NCBI GenBank assembly: GCA_002104945.1
Contig: MCFH01000062.1
Coordinates: 124,001 to 188,000, forward strand
DNA: 64,000 nt
Direction of reading: 5' to 3'
Source of the DNA: Piromyces finnis finn
Taxonomy: Eukaryota > Fungi > Neocallimastigomycota
Part shown: positions 21,172-34,812 of the stretch, one piece after another
Layout: every line of letters starts with the position of its first letter
How positions within the stretch are numbered: the stretch's first letter is position 1
Notes under the pieces: generated by a model
Databases searched by the model: none
What the model saw: only the letters and a program-made list of their open reading frames with translations
Told to the model about the DNA's origin: nothing
Position numbers and translations under genes: made by a program

Positions 21172-22824
21172 ATGTCATCTTTTGAAATTGATAGTACTGA
21201 AACTTCAACAATGATCTTGTCAAATAATTCTTACACTTCAGATATAGAGTTATTTGAGGATATAGAAGTATCAAATGAAATGATTCAACCAAACCATTTA
21301 ATTGAGGAAAAAGATTTTGATGAGGTCATTTCTGCAATTGAATACAATGTTCCAATTGCATATTTAGATTTGTTAATTGAAAAAAAGAATTATCCGCTTA
21401 ACAAGTTCATCATTTTCAAAAATGGTGAAATAAAGTCCCCATTATACGCTGCAATTGCTAACAATCATTTTAAAATTGCAGATTTCATTATCAGCAAAGG
21501 GGGCGATATTAATTTTACTCAACACAATATTAATATAGTCAAATTATTAATTGAAAAAAATTTACTAACTACTAAAACTCTTTCATATCTTTTAAACAAA
21601 AATTGGAATATAATGGAGATTAAAGATTATATTTACAATTATAGTTTTAACTTCAATTTAGCATCCAAATATATCAAATATAAGTGCGATAAAAACTTTG
21701 TTATTAAATTACTTAAAATATACCAATCAAAAAAAAGCATATCGAAAGATCAATTTGATAAAATAATTATTAATGAAAGAAATTTTGATGTACCATATCA
21801 ATGGTACTATAGGTGTATTTATTGTAGTTCATTTGATCAATTAAAATTTTTTTCATGTTATGATATTCCAAGTTCAATTAGAGAAAAAATTGAATTCATA
21901 ATGGATAATAATAATGATATAATATATCCTGGATTCTCCCTTAAATTATATGAATTCATAATTAACTATAAGTATAAAAATATTTTCTTAAATAATATAT
22001 TAGATACTAATCATCTTAACAGATATTTGAATAAAATTTTGATTAAGAAAAGAATGGAATTAAGTCAATTTATAAAGAACGGAAATATGGAAAGAATATT
22101 TTATTTTTATCAAGAAAATGAAATATTAATAAATGATATAAACTCTTCAGATTATGACGTATTAACAAATTGTATTACTTCAGGATTTTCTATTGATTCA
22201 CTTAAAAAAATAATAAACTTGTTCTCATACACTAACTTCAATTATGAGATTCCAAGTACATTAATTAATGAATCAGTACCTTTAGTCATTTATACATTAT
22301 TAATAAATAGAAGAGATGTGTGCACCTTTCTTATTTCTAAAGGTGCGGATATTAATTATAGATTTTTGGATAAGGACAATTCCTTCAACAATGTGATACA
22401 ATTTTTAATTCATCAAAAAAACTTTTCGTGTGAAAATTTCGATTACATTATTGAAATATTAAAAAAAAAATTTAAAAAAATTGAAAAGTTAAATATACCT
22501 CAATATATATTAAAATTATTAATAAAAGAAAAGAAAAATAAAATATTTTTATTATTGGTGAAGGAATTTCTTCATTATAACAATTTTCAAGATGAATGGT
22601 ATACTTTCGCCTTGAAGAACGACAACTATAAAATCATTGAAAATCTCTTTGTTATTGATAAAAGATCATCAGAACAAAAAGTAAAATATATTTTAAAAGA
22701 ATTAAAAAAAGCAGGAGGAGATGATAAAAATACTTACATATTATCTACAACAATAAAAAACCATGAATTTCATAAATATTTTAATAGATATATTGATCAT
22801 GATCAATGGATTTTTAATGTATAA
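21172..22824 (+). CDS. Ankyrin-repeat-containing protein (550 aa, two related modules)
   Basis: SPLYAAIANNHFKIADFIISKGGDIN is a canonical ANK helix-turn-helix. A second module reads PLVIYTLLINRRDVCTFLISKGADINY. Confidence 0.7.
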   Translation: MSSFEIDSTETSTMILSNNSYTSDIELFEDIEVSNEMIQPNHLIEEKDFDEVISAIEYNVPIAYLDLLIEKKNYPLNKFIIFKNGEIKSPLYAAIANNHFKIADFIISKGGDINFTQHNINIVKLLIEKNLLTTKTLSYLLNKNWNIMEIKDYIYNYSFNFNLASKYIKYKCDKNFVIKLLKIYQSKKSISKDQFDKIIINERNFDVPYQWYYRCIYCSSFDQLKFFSCYDIPSSIREKIEFIMDNNNDIIYPGFSLKLYEFIINYKYKNIFLNNILDTNHLNRYLNKILIKKRMELSQFIKNGNMERIFYFYQENEILINDINSSDYDVLTNCITSGFSIDSLKKIINLFSYTNFNYEIPSTLINESVPLVIYTLLINRRDVCTFLISKGADINYRFLDKDNSFNNVIQFLIHQKNFSCENFDYIIEILKKKFKKIEKLNIPQYILKLLIKEKKNKIFLLLVKEFLHYNNFQDEWYTFALKNDNYKIIENLFVIDKRSSEQKVKYILKELKKAGGDDKNTYILSTTIKNHEFHKYFNRYIDHDQWIFNV

Positions 22825-23949
22825 ATAATAATTATTTTTTATTTTTTATTTTGTTTTAGTTTTTGTTTTATATATTTGTATTATTTATATTAATAAAAAA
22901 AACATGTAATAATTTATTTTTAAAAATAAAATATAAATAAAATATAAATAAAAAATAAATAAAATATAATAAAAAATAATTATAAAAAATAAAGTATTTC
23001 TTAAAGTGTAAAAATTTTAAAAAAAAAGTTTAAGTTTTTTTGTGTCAATGTTCAAATGCTTTTTTTTTCAGATCAAATTTTTTAAATGGATGATGAATAA
23101 TTAATTAATTAATTAATTAAAAAATTTAATGAAAAATTCAAACTTTGAAAATTTTTCAAAAAATTTCAATATTTTTTAAAATTTTACTTGAAAAAAGTTT
23201 AAATAAAAAGAAATTATAAAAATTTTATAAAGAATAATTGAAATGTTGATAAAGAATTGAATTCATGCTTTTATTTTTTGACATTTTAATTTTTTCAAAT
23301 TTTTTTCACTTTTTTTTTACATTCCATTTGAATACTTTTCTTATAGGAAAAAATAGCCATAAAATTATTTTAAAGTTTTACCTTTTTTTTATAAAAATTT
23401 TATCAATTATTTGCATAATCTATAAAAGAAATAGATTTATATAACAAATAGTAAAAATATTGAATTTTCATGAAAAGTAAAATATATTTAAAATATCCTA
23501 CAATTTTAAACAAGGCATATTAATTATATTTTATTTTAACACCTATTTTTTAACTTGATATTACATAAATCATTAAACATGATTAAAGTTTAATTATTAT
23601 TAATATTTATTAGAAGTTTGGTTAGAAATAATAACGACCTTCACTTTTAATTTAAAAACAAAAATAAAATCATACTTTAACAAATAAAAGATAATTATTA
23701 TAAATTTTTTAAATCATTATAATTATGAATATATAGATAATAATTTTATAATTAATATAAATGTAAAATTATTTAAAAAATTCAGCTTTTCCATGAAAAA
23801 CAAATATTATGAAATCTATTTAATTAAAAAAAAAATTAATAATTATTTTAGTTTTCATTTTTTTTTAATAAAGCTTTATTTATATCATATGAAGATAAAA
23901 GTGAGAAAAATAATAACGATAAATTTTATTTTCTATTATCAAGAAAAAC

Positions 23950-24920
23950 ATATAAATATATAATATTTAATACATCTTCAATTGAAAGAGCAGCTGAAGT
24001 AAATTCTTTGGAAAGTTCATCTGTTGAAATATCAGGATCATTGAGTTTTGATGAAAGTATTTGGGATTTATTAGGACTGAGTATCGATTCCTTTTCCTCA
24101 ATAAAAGTTTTAATTTAAAAATGATTCAAGAATTCTTTGAAAGGCCTATTAATAGAAAAAAATTTAAGAAATGATTTATTTGATAGTTTAGAAGTTTCTA
24201 AAAATGGAAAAAGCATGAGAGGATTTTATAAATATCCTGTTCTTTATTTAAATTTTAAAGATGAAGAATCTAAAGATTACAAATACACTATTGAACATCT
24301 TAAACCCAAATTAACTGAAAAAAATGAAAATTTAAGTCAAATTAAAAAATATAAAAATAGTGTGTTAAATCGAATCATTGAAGGTAATATGAATATGTTA
24401 AAATAGTGGATATGGTAGATATGATTTCGGATTTCCTATTGGAAAGTATTTTAATAATAAAGAAAAAAATATATTTTAATTAAAGTTAAGATTTTTAAAA
24501 AAAAAATAAAAAAATACATGAAAAAATAAATTATGAAGAGGAAGAAAAAGAAGATATGAATTTTTTATCAAAACCTGTCTTTTAAAGGAATGTGAAGATG
24601 CTATAAACCAAATTGAAGAAAAATCTAGAGCTAACGATTATAATAATTTTATTAAATATGGTATTGCCTTATATAAAAGAACATGGGATGTTAATTGAAA
24701 ATAAATAATGGAGAAATACAAGACACATCAGTAACTAGTAATTGTGGAGGTAATAAAAAAGGAAGAAAAGAACTACTATAAAAAAACAAGAGTCATAACA
24801 ACAACAAGAGAAGCAGGAACAAGAAAAAGAATAAAAACGAGTATAGCAAAGAACACAGTAAATAATATCGAAAAAGAAGCAGGAAAAACATCAAGAACGA
24901 AAGAAGGGGATAAAATAAAG
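23950..24920 (+). pseudogene. Pseudogene of a bacterial-type AAA-ATPase-like plus PD-(D/E)XK nuclease protein (PF09820/PF08011-like)
   Basis: Ordered fragments KSFNLKMIQEFFE (24103), NDLFDSLEVSK...YKYPVLYLNFKD (24137 ORF), SGYGRYDF (24405), LKECEDAINQIEEK...FIKYGIALY (about 24580-24680). Multiple deletions and frameshifts. Confidence 0.7.
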
Positions 24921-27322
24921 TAAAATAGTTATAATTTGTTTATTTGTTTTATTTATAACCATGGTTTTTAAATTATTTTATTGTAGTATTAATTATTCTC
25001 ATGCATTGATAAATACTTCTGATATTATTTAATAAATGAAAGTTAAATATATTTATCACAACTACTTTAGGAAGATTTTTATTTTTATATCTAATATTAT
25101 GAGATAGTGATTTGAATTAGATGAATAAGAAAGTGATCATTTAAAAATATCGTGAGCTTTACTAATTTGTATTTTAATGTTTATTATTTCATCACTTCTT
25201 GTTATTACTTTTACATTTATCATAATAATATTTTCCACCCAGTTTAAATAAATCAATCATAAATTTTTTAAGACCTTTTTCTTCTGTAGTTTCAATTATA
25301 ATAATTAAAAAATTTGTGTCATTAACAAATGAAAATAAATCCGTTTAATTTATTCTTTTTATAGGCATTCAGATAAAGCAATTGTAAAGCTTTTTATAAT
25401 CACATTTTTATTTCTTTAGACTATAAAAAACCTATTAAAAATTAATATATTTTATATTTTCATTTTTGAAGAATATAAAATATAAATTATAAAAATAAGT
25501 AAATATATTTTTAGAGTAAAATTAGAGAGAGGATAGATTTTATAAAAATTGATATATAAACCTCCTTTTTTTTTAATTTTTTGTTTTTTATATTTAATTT
25601 ATACGTGATGTATCTAGATTTCTTTCCACAATATTAAAAAAAAATAAGAATCTAAATAAAATAACATAACTATAAAAAAATATTTCTAGTATATATGTTT
25701 AATCTTTATAATAAAAATTAAAATGCTTTTTTTTTTTTCTAATTCATACTTCATAAAACTAATGGTGGAAATAAATCCGCTTAAATTTCATTTTTATTTT
25801 TAAAAAAAATAAATATAAAAATAAAATAATAGATTAAACATAGGTTAAATATTTTTTTATATAAAAATAATAAATTATTATTTAGTTAATTACTTCGCAA
25901 GTTATTACTTGTTTCTTAATATAAACTAATTATTCTTTTTAAATATTTATATTTATAATTTTATTATTAAATTTTAATAATGTCTTTATTTTTGTTATAT
26001 AATTTTGCTTATTCAACTACCTTTTTTTAAATTTTAAATATTATTTCTATATAATAAGTATAAGTTGTATATTTGTATATTATTTTATGGTACTTGTATA
26101 TATTTTGATTATTGAAAGAAAATATTAAACTAGGCATAGAATAGGATTCTATTGAAGGATTACTATATAGAATTTGTCGAGAATGAAAAGGACTTTATTT
26201 TTAATAAATTTAAACATATATGTAAATATAGATTAATACCAATTGCATATTAAAAGAAATTATATATATTAAATAATATTAAAGACACAAAATTGTTGAA
26301 TGATAATGACTAGATAATTATCCTATAAATATATTAAAATTAATACCTGAAAAAAATAACAACATTGTAAATTTTGAAAATAATTTGAATAAAGAAAACA
26401 AAAAAAGAAAAAATAACAAGGTTTCTTGAAAGGGAAATTTACATGTTTCATATTATATATTATAAAGAAAATTGAATGAATGACGTAAAATATTAAGAAT
26501 ATAAAAAATTAATTGAGAATTTTAACATGAAAATATACGTTAATGTAGATTTTTTTTGTGATAAATAACGAATATATGGAGATATAATAAAAATAAAAAT
26601 GTTGAAGATTCGGATAATTATCATAATTATTAAATGCTGTCATGGTAGTATAAGAATTACAAAAAGTAGAAATTATGTTCTATGAAAGAGATACCTGATG
26701 CCTATGATAATATTATTTGTAAAACTATTACTATGTTTTAATTTTTCAGGTGATCAAATATTAATTAGATTCACATCATGTATTACTTTCTTTACCTAAC
26801 CAATATCTATTAATTTCCAATTGCTTGATTTGACGCTATATGAAAATGATTTATATCCCTTCATATAAATATGAAAAAGCGATGAAGAATCAAGAAAAAC
26901 TAATATACACAATGAATATTTTTAATCAAACATAAAATATAAAGTTTTACAACAAATATAAGTAATTGACGGAAGTTATTCAGTTTCAAAATTTGAAATT
27001 CTATATGAATTTGACTGTTAAAAAAGTATTAAAATAATAGATATAGATTTTATTTTCTATTATCAACAAAAAAACACATAAATGTCAATTGAATCAAATA
27101 AATTAAATAGTAGAACTACTTTATATGAAAATGCAACAAATAATAATCCAATTAGAAGATTAATTATATGATAAAAAATATAGGTGATAGCAAATGTAGT
27201 TATAGTAAATATATGGATATGAGTTTTAAAGAAAAAACAATAGAATGAAATTGAGTATTTAGAAAAATTAGTAGTAGAAGATTTTATACCTTAAAAGTAA
27301 TATATGTTTAAATTATAAATTA

Positions 27323-28147
27323 ATGTTGGACAATAACCAGGTTAAAAGATGCATGGATAAAATCATCAATGAAAAAAGAAATAAATTAAATAATATTATT
27401 AAAGAATGCGACATTGAGAAATTGATTTGTTTTTATCAAGATAATGATGCATTAATGGACAATATTAACGATTCAAATTATGATGTACTCTCCAATGCTA
27501 TATCTTTCGGGTTACCTTTGAATTTTATTGAATCTATTATTAATTTATTTTCATATTCAAACTTTGATTATGAAGTTCCAAAAAACATTTTCGCAGAAAC
27601 AATAACTCCCGCGGTTTATTCTCTTTTATTAAGTAGAAGCGATGTATGTTCTTTGCTCATTTCCAATGGTGCAGATATAAATTATGGATTTATAGATAGT
27701 ACTAATTCATTTAATATTTTAATAGATTTTTTAATTTTTCATAGGAAAGCATCTTTTAATGTTTTATATTATATTATTGAAAAATTAAAAAATGAAAGTA
27801 AAAAAATTGAAAAATTGAGAATCCCAGAATACGTATTTCATATAATAATTAAACATAAAAAGAATGAATATTTCCCACTTTTGGCAAAAGAATATTTATG
27901 CTATAAAAAATTTCCAACAGGATGGTACTCTATGGCATTAAAATATAATAATTATGAAGTCGTAAATGATATGTATGTGCTTGATGAAAGCACACCAGAT
28001 CAAAAGGTAAAATTTATTTTAGAAGAATTAAAGAGAATTGGAAGTAATGACAAAGATGTCTATATATTATCTATGACAATTAAAAATCAAGAATTTATTA
28101 AATATTTCAATAAATATAATGATTACAATGAATGGATAACTAATTAA
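27323..28147 (+). CDS. Ankyrin-like protein, paralog of the C-terminal half of the 21172 gene (possibly the surviving 3' part of a decayed copy)
   Basis: Collinear similarity: INDSNYDVLSNAISFG vs INSSDYDVLTNCITSG; LLISNGADINY vs FLISKGADINY; QKVKFILEELK vs QKVKYILKELK. The 3' flanks (22825-23200, 28148-28520) are also homologous. Confidence 0.65.
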   Translation: MLDNNQVKRCMDKIINEKRNKLNNIIKECDIEKLICFYQDNDALMDNINDSNYDVLSNAISFGLPLNFIESIINLFSYSNFDYEVPKNIFAETITPAVYSLLLSRSDVCSLLISNGADINYGFIDSTNSFNILIDFLIFHRKASFNVLYYIIEKLKNESKKIEKLRIPEYVFHIIIKHKKNEYFPLLAKEYLCYKKFPTGWYSMALKYNNYEVVNDMYVLDESTPDQKVKFILEELKRIGSNDKDVYILSMTIKNQEFIKYFNKYNDYNEWITN

Positions 28148-29033
28148 AATAATTTTATATTTAAATTTTTATATTTAAATTTTTTCTTGTTTTATATTTT
28201 TATTAATAAAAAAGACATGTAATAATTCATTTTTAAAATAAAATATAAATAAAATAATAAAAATATAATAAAAAAATAAATTATTTCTTAAAGTATAAAA
28301 ATTTTAAAAAAAAAGTTTAAGTTTTTTCGTGTCAAAGTTCAAATGTAATTTTTTTTTTTTTTTAGATCAAATTTTTTTAAATGGACGATGAATAATTAAT
28401 TAATGAATGAATGAAAAATTAATAAAAAATTCAAACTTTGAAAATTTTCAAAAATTTCAATATTTTTTAAAATTTTACTTGAAAAAAGTTTAAATAAAAT
28501 GTTTTAAATAAAAAAAAATTTTAAAATTTTAAAAGTTATTGCCATGTTATAGCCCACAAATATATTATTACACATTTACTTTACTTAGTGAATTAATGCT
28601 AAAATGCCATTTATTAAAAAAAATTTTATCATGAAAAAAATATTTTAATATAAAAGAAATAAATGAAAAAGATTTACGCAATTCACAATTAAAAAAATAA
28701 AAATATATATAAAAAATGAAAATGAAATGTATTGTAAATATTTTAATATTATAAATTTATGCAAGAAATGTTTATTATATTTTATATATTATTAAATATC
28801 AAGTCAATATAAGATATTGTAAATTAATAATTATAATAATAATCTTATTATGATTAATTTTTATTTATATTGTAAAGAATATAGAGAAAATAAATAATTT
28901 TATATATTTTTATTTATTATTACAAACTTTTCTTAATTTTTACTTATTTTTTAATTTTTATTGTTATTTTTAAATTGATTAAAAACTAATACTATTTATA
29001 TATTATAATTTTATTATATAATTACTTATTTAT

Positions 29034-29258
<225 letters not shown>

Positions 29259-29314
29259 AAGCATCATGTTTTAATTTAAAAATATTTTAAATTTAAAAAA
29301 AAAACGATTAACTC

Positions 29315-30641
29315 CTAGTAATATAATCTAACCCTTTATAAATTTTGTTTAAAAATATTACATCTATGACAGTGGTAATTTATTATTTTAATTATATACA
29401 AATGATATAGCACACAGTTTTATTATTACTCATTTACTTTACTTAATAAAATAGTATTAAAATACCATTTTTAAAAAATAATTGAAGTAAAAATAAATAT
29501 TTACACATATATTTTTATTTTTTCAATGTAAGTTTTATAAATTATCATCTTTCTTTTATGTCCTATTTAAACAGTTTTCTCATGATAAAAATTAGCCATA
29601 AAATTGTTTAAGTATTTTGTTTAAATTTCTTTTATAAAATATTTCGAGTTGTTTATATATACTATAAAAGAAAAATATATAAAACATATAATAAATAGTT
29701 GAAAATTGAATTAATATAAAAAATGAAGTACGCTTCAAATATTTCAATACAACTTTATACAAGACATATTTATTATATTTATTATATTTTATTTTAACTT
29801 GCAATTCGATATAAGTTAGAAAAACATTAAACTTTATATTAAATAATAATGATGATGATGGTGATAATGGTAATAATTAGATATTTTTTTTCGTTTTTAA
29901 TACTAATTAATACTTGATTTTATATTTTATTTGGTAGAAATGTAGAAATGTAGTTAGAAATTACTTATCAATATAGATTTTGATTAATTTAAATTATAAT
30001 CTATATATACATCTTTGAATAGTAAATTAGAACCATTACTCTACCATTTAATAATTAACTATAATTTTTAAATATACATTAATAAATATAGGTAAATTCT
30101 TAATATTTTTTAATAGATAAAAATGTAATTTGACATATGGAAAAGTTTAAAATTTTACTTATTTCAAAATCATTAAATAAATGAATAAATCAAATGATAT
30201 ATAACTGAATAAAAGAATTATTAATTAAATAAATAACGAAAGAATCAATTTATTAATAGATAAATGAATGAATCTATTATTATATTAATGAATAAATAAA
30301 TTAATATATATAAATTAATAAATGAATATGCAAATAAATGACTATTTTAACTAAAATAATTTGAAAAGTCTCAATGTTTTTTTTTTTTTTTTTTAATTTC
30401 TAATATATTAAAATAAAGAATTTTTTAAAGATAGTTGAAAATAAATATTAAATATGAAGATGTTATTATATTAAAATATACTTAATAGTTAAAGTTTATA
30501 TAAAATTAAAAATAAAAAAGTAATAAAATATAAATAATCTATAATGTGTAATACTTTAATAAAAATGTAATTTAGGAAAAAATAAATTATCTTTTATTTT
30601 ACAATTTTAATTCATAATATTGCTTATTTTTTTTTAATTTT
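29315..30641. repeat. ~1.3-kb AT-rich non-coding direct repeat, copy 2
   Basis: Near-identical to 12365-13690. Confidence 0.9.
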
Positions 30642-33600
30642 CAAGTTTTAAATATTAAAGCATTTCAATATTTAAATAAAATATGCTTTAATGTAAATAG
30701 TGTAATATGTATAAATAACATAATATATTAAAACATTTTAATGATATATACACATACATGATATGATATACAAGTTTATTATTATTCATTTACTTAATAA
30801 AATGCCATTTTTAAAATAATATTTGAGGTACTAATAAAATATTAAAAGTATATTTTATGATTTTTTTTTAAATTATAATTATTTAATATTAGACAGATTT
30901 TTTAAAAGATGCCTAGTTCATCAATATTTATAATTCCTTTAATTCAACTATTATAAAAAAAATGTATATATATTTTAACAATGAAATATATATACATTTT
31001 TATTGATTACATACATTTTATTAACTAATAAAGCTAACAACAATGTTAATTGATAAATTAATATACATCCTAGACTTTGGACGAAATTAGCCAGATATTT
31101 TAGCCATAAGAATTTCGATCTCTTCCAGACTTTCAGGCAGAAAAATTATTAAAACTAATATTTTTGAAATATTCTTATATTTTTTTTTTATAATAAATAT
31201 ATAAATATATATAATATATATTTATATATAATCCCAAAATATATATACGTTATTTCAATTAGATAAATTGTTTACATGGTTCCTTAGATTAAATATTGAA
31301 TATAAATGAATATGTTTATTATAATAAAATTTTTATTTCATTATTTAGATATTATTAATAAATAATTATTATATGAACTTTTTTTGATAATACGTGATCA
31401 GTTTCAATAAAATATTTTACTATTTATTTTTTCTTCATGTATTAAATAATTCGCTGCAACAGTCGAAGATATAAATAATTTTCAATTTTTGCTTTATTCA
31501 TTTCAACACTTTTATACAATATATTATTTATATTATTAGAGTATGTACTGTTTTTTTTAAATATCATATAAATATTAGTTTTATATTGTTTAATGAAATT
31601 TTTACTAATACAAAATATACATTAGATTTGCAAAAAAAACTATGCATTGTAGTATTTTTCTTTTTTCTTTTGTATTTTCTACAAAATACCTCCAACAATA
31701 TTGTATTCATTCTTTTATACAATCATTAATAAATTATTTGCTTAATTATTTTTTTAATATAGTTTATTAATGTTTATTCGTATTTTTATGGTATTGGATT
31801 TTTAATTACTTATAAATATTAATGTATCTTATATATTAATATACCTTTTCTAATGTATATATATACATATTATTATATTAAAAATTATTAGGGTTAATAA
31901 TTAAAGAAAGTTTTTAGTTTCAATATTCAAATATTAAAATAGAAAATTTTCAATCAAACTTTTTTAATGAAATATTTAAACTTTTAAAATTATATTTAAA
32001 AAGAAATAATAAAATTCTAAAAAATAATTAAAAATGAATTATTAATGTTTAATTATAATAGTATTTCAAATGAAAGAAAAGAGCTGTAATTTGTTAATTG
32101 TTAATATTAATACTTTTAATTTTAGTATAACAATTTTAAAATGATTTGAAAATAGAAATTAAATATATATATGAAGATATTTTACAATAAAAGATTTCTA
32201 ATAGTTCAATTATACATATTATAGGAAATTAATAATAAAAACAATATAATAAAATATAAATAATCTTCAATATGTATGTGTAATAGTACTTTAATTAAGT
32301 TAATAAAAATATAATTTTAAAAATATATGTTTTTTTTTTCTTTTACAACCTAACCCATTATAATAAAGATAAATTATTATCTATCATATAACCATATATC
32401 ACACACAAATTTATTATTACTCATATACTTAATATATTAATATTGAAAGCAGATTTTTAAAGAATAATTGGTATAGTAGTAAATAATTAAGGATATGTTT
32501 TTATTTTTTCAATTTTAAATTTTACAAAATTTATTTTTTTTCCTTTTATTCACCATTGAAATATTTTTCTCATAAAAATTAGCCAAAAAATTATTTAAAA
32601 TTTTTTTTTTATTTTCTTTGATAATATATTCAAATTATTTATTTAAACTTAATATATAAAATATAATAAATTAAATTTTTATAAAAAATGAAAATGAAAT
32701 ATATTTTTTCATTTTTGCTTTTTCTTTACTATAGTTTTATATTTATTTAGTATAAATATAATTTTTATCCATTATATCTGAACCTACTACAGTTTTCATT
32801 TTATTTTTATTATGAAAATAAGATAAAAGAATATAGCTATTATTTTACTTATAAATAATTCTGAATATATTAATGAAGAAGAAGAAAGAAATAAACGCAT
32901 AAAAACACAAATTTAAATGAATGCTTATATTTTAATAATTTTATAATTCATATTTAATTGAAATAGATAATATTTTTAAAATACTTGAAAATTTTTATTT
33001 TATTTTTGATATTTGTCAAAATTTTGACTATGAAAGTAATATTAATGCTTTCAAACAGAAATAAACATAAATATTGGTATAAATTATTTATAAAATAAGA
33101 TAAATTTAACAATGAAATAAATTTCATTGGTAAAATAAATATAAAAGAATATTATGATTATTAATTTATAATTATATATAAAAAATTGATATATCAAATG
33201 CAAAAAATTTCAATCTTTATAATACTATTTTTTAAAAAAAGATTATTATTTATATCATAAATATAAATAATAAAGTTAGCTTTTTTTTATTTCTCTAAAA
33301 TAAAAAATTAAAATTTTGATATGTTGTTTAGTATTCCAGAATTTTTTTCATAATTTATTTGAGATTATAATCATATTAATATTTAATATTGATAAACAAG
33401 TTAAATATTATATTAGACTCAAAAGCATATTAATCATTTTACATGTTCTTCTCAAGCTAAAAATAATTTATTTTCCTTCAAAAAACAATGATAATAGCAA
33501 ACAATCAAATAATTCTGTTAATAAAAGTTCTTGAGTTGTCTCCAACATGACAAAAATTCAGCTATGTTTTTGCTTTTTTTTTTTATTACTTTTTAATTTT

Positions 33601-34068
33601 TTATATACATAAATATAATAAAACAATATAGTCAATATAAAAATAAATTTTTTATATATCTAAATATTTTTATTATTTTCTATATATATAACCTAATAAT
33701 ATAAATGAAAAAATGTATTATAAAAGATAAAAGTCATATTTTTATCATTTAATTAGTATCTAAAGGTATCCAAAAGAGTCCAAAGGAAAATAAATTTTGT
33801 GTTAATATTAAAATTTTAAATATACAATAAATTTTTAATCTACCAAAAAAAATTTAATTCTTCAAGTTTTACAAAGATTGAAAAAAATTTATTCTTATTC
33901 CAAAGAGGTTCATAAAAGTTTAAAAATTCCAAAGATTCTAAAATGTTCTTAAAGTCCATAAGACTTTCATATTTCTCATCAATCACAACTTTAAAAAATA
34001 TTTTAATACTTAAATGCAATGTTCTTATTTAATATTGTATTAACTTAAAGAACTTTATTTATCCAACA

Positions 34069-34799
34069 TGTAAACACTAAATAATTAAGTAAATATATTT
34101 TCTTTAAAAATGTATTTCTTTATTTTATTTTATTTTTTATATTAATATAGTAATAAAAACACAAAGAAAAAAAAATATATTTCTTTTTTTTCAAATTTAT
34201 TTTTTATATATATTTTTCCAATGCTTGAATAATCTAATCAAAACATTTTGAATTATAAAGTATTAATTTTATTGTAATACTTATTTGTATTACATTAACT
34301 TTCCTTATATAGTAATATTTCATATAAAATGTAAAATATATTATATTATATCCTATTTAATTATTATTCCTATATTATGAATACATTACATTATATAATT
34401 GATATTCAATTATATTATAGGAATTTTATAATATAAAAATATCCATGTAAAAATAATTAATAATGAGAAAGGAGAGCTTTAATAATTAATAAGAAAATAT
34501 TATAAGTGAAATTATTAATAAGAGATAAGTTAATAATAGTAATAAAATATTTTTCACCTAATATAATAAATTATAAATAAACTAATATTAAATTACTACA
34601 GCATAAAAGAAACATATATCAGATACAAGGTCACGTGGTTATTATAAAATAAAATAAATAAAAAATGCCTATCTCTACAACACGTAGATATTACGTTTAC
34701 AACACTTTTAATACATGTTTATGTATTTATAAGTTAGTCACATGTGTTTATAAATATATGATATAGATAAATAAAATTATGTGTCCATAAATGTTTACA
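34069..34799 (-). mobile_element. Probable Copia 3' LTR (about 731 bp)
   Basis: 8-bp terminal inverted repeat TGTAAACA...TGTTTACA next to the PPT. The left end is inferred from the TIR only. Confidence 0.55.
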
Positions 34800-34812
34800 C
34801 TCCCCCTCAAAT

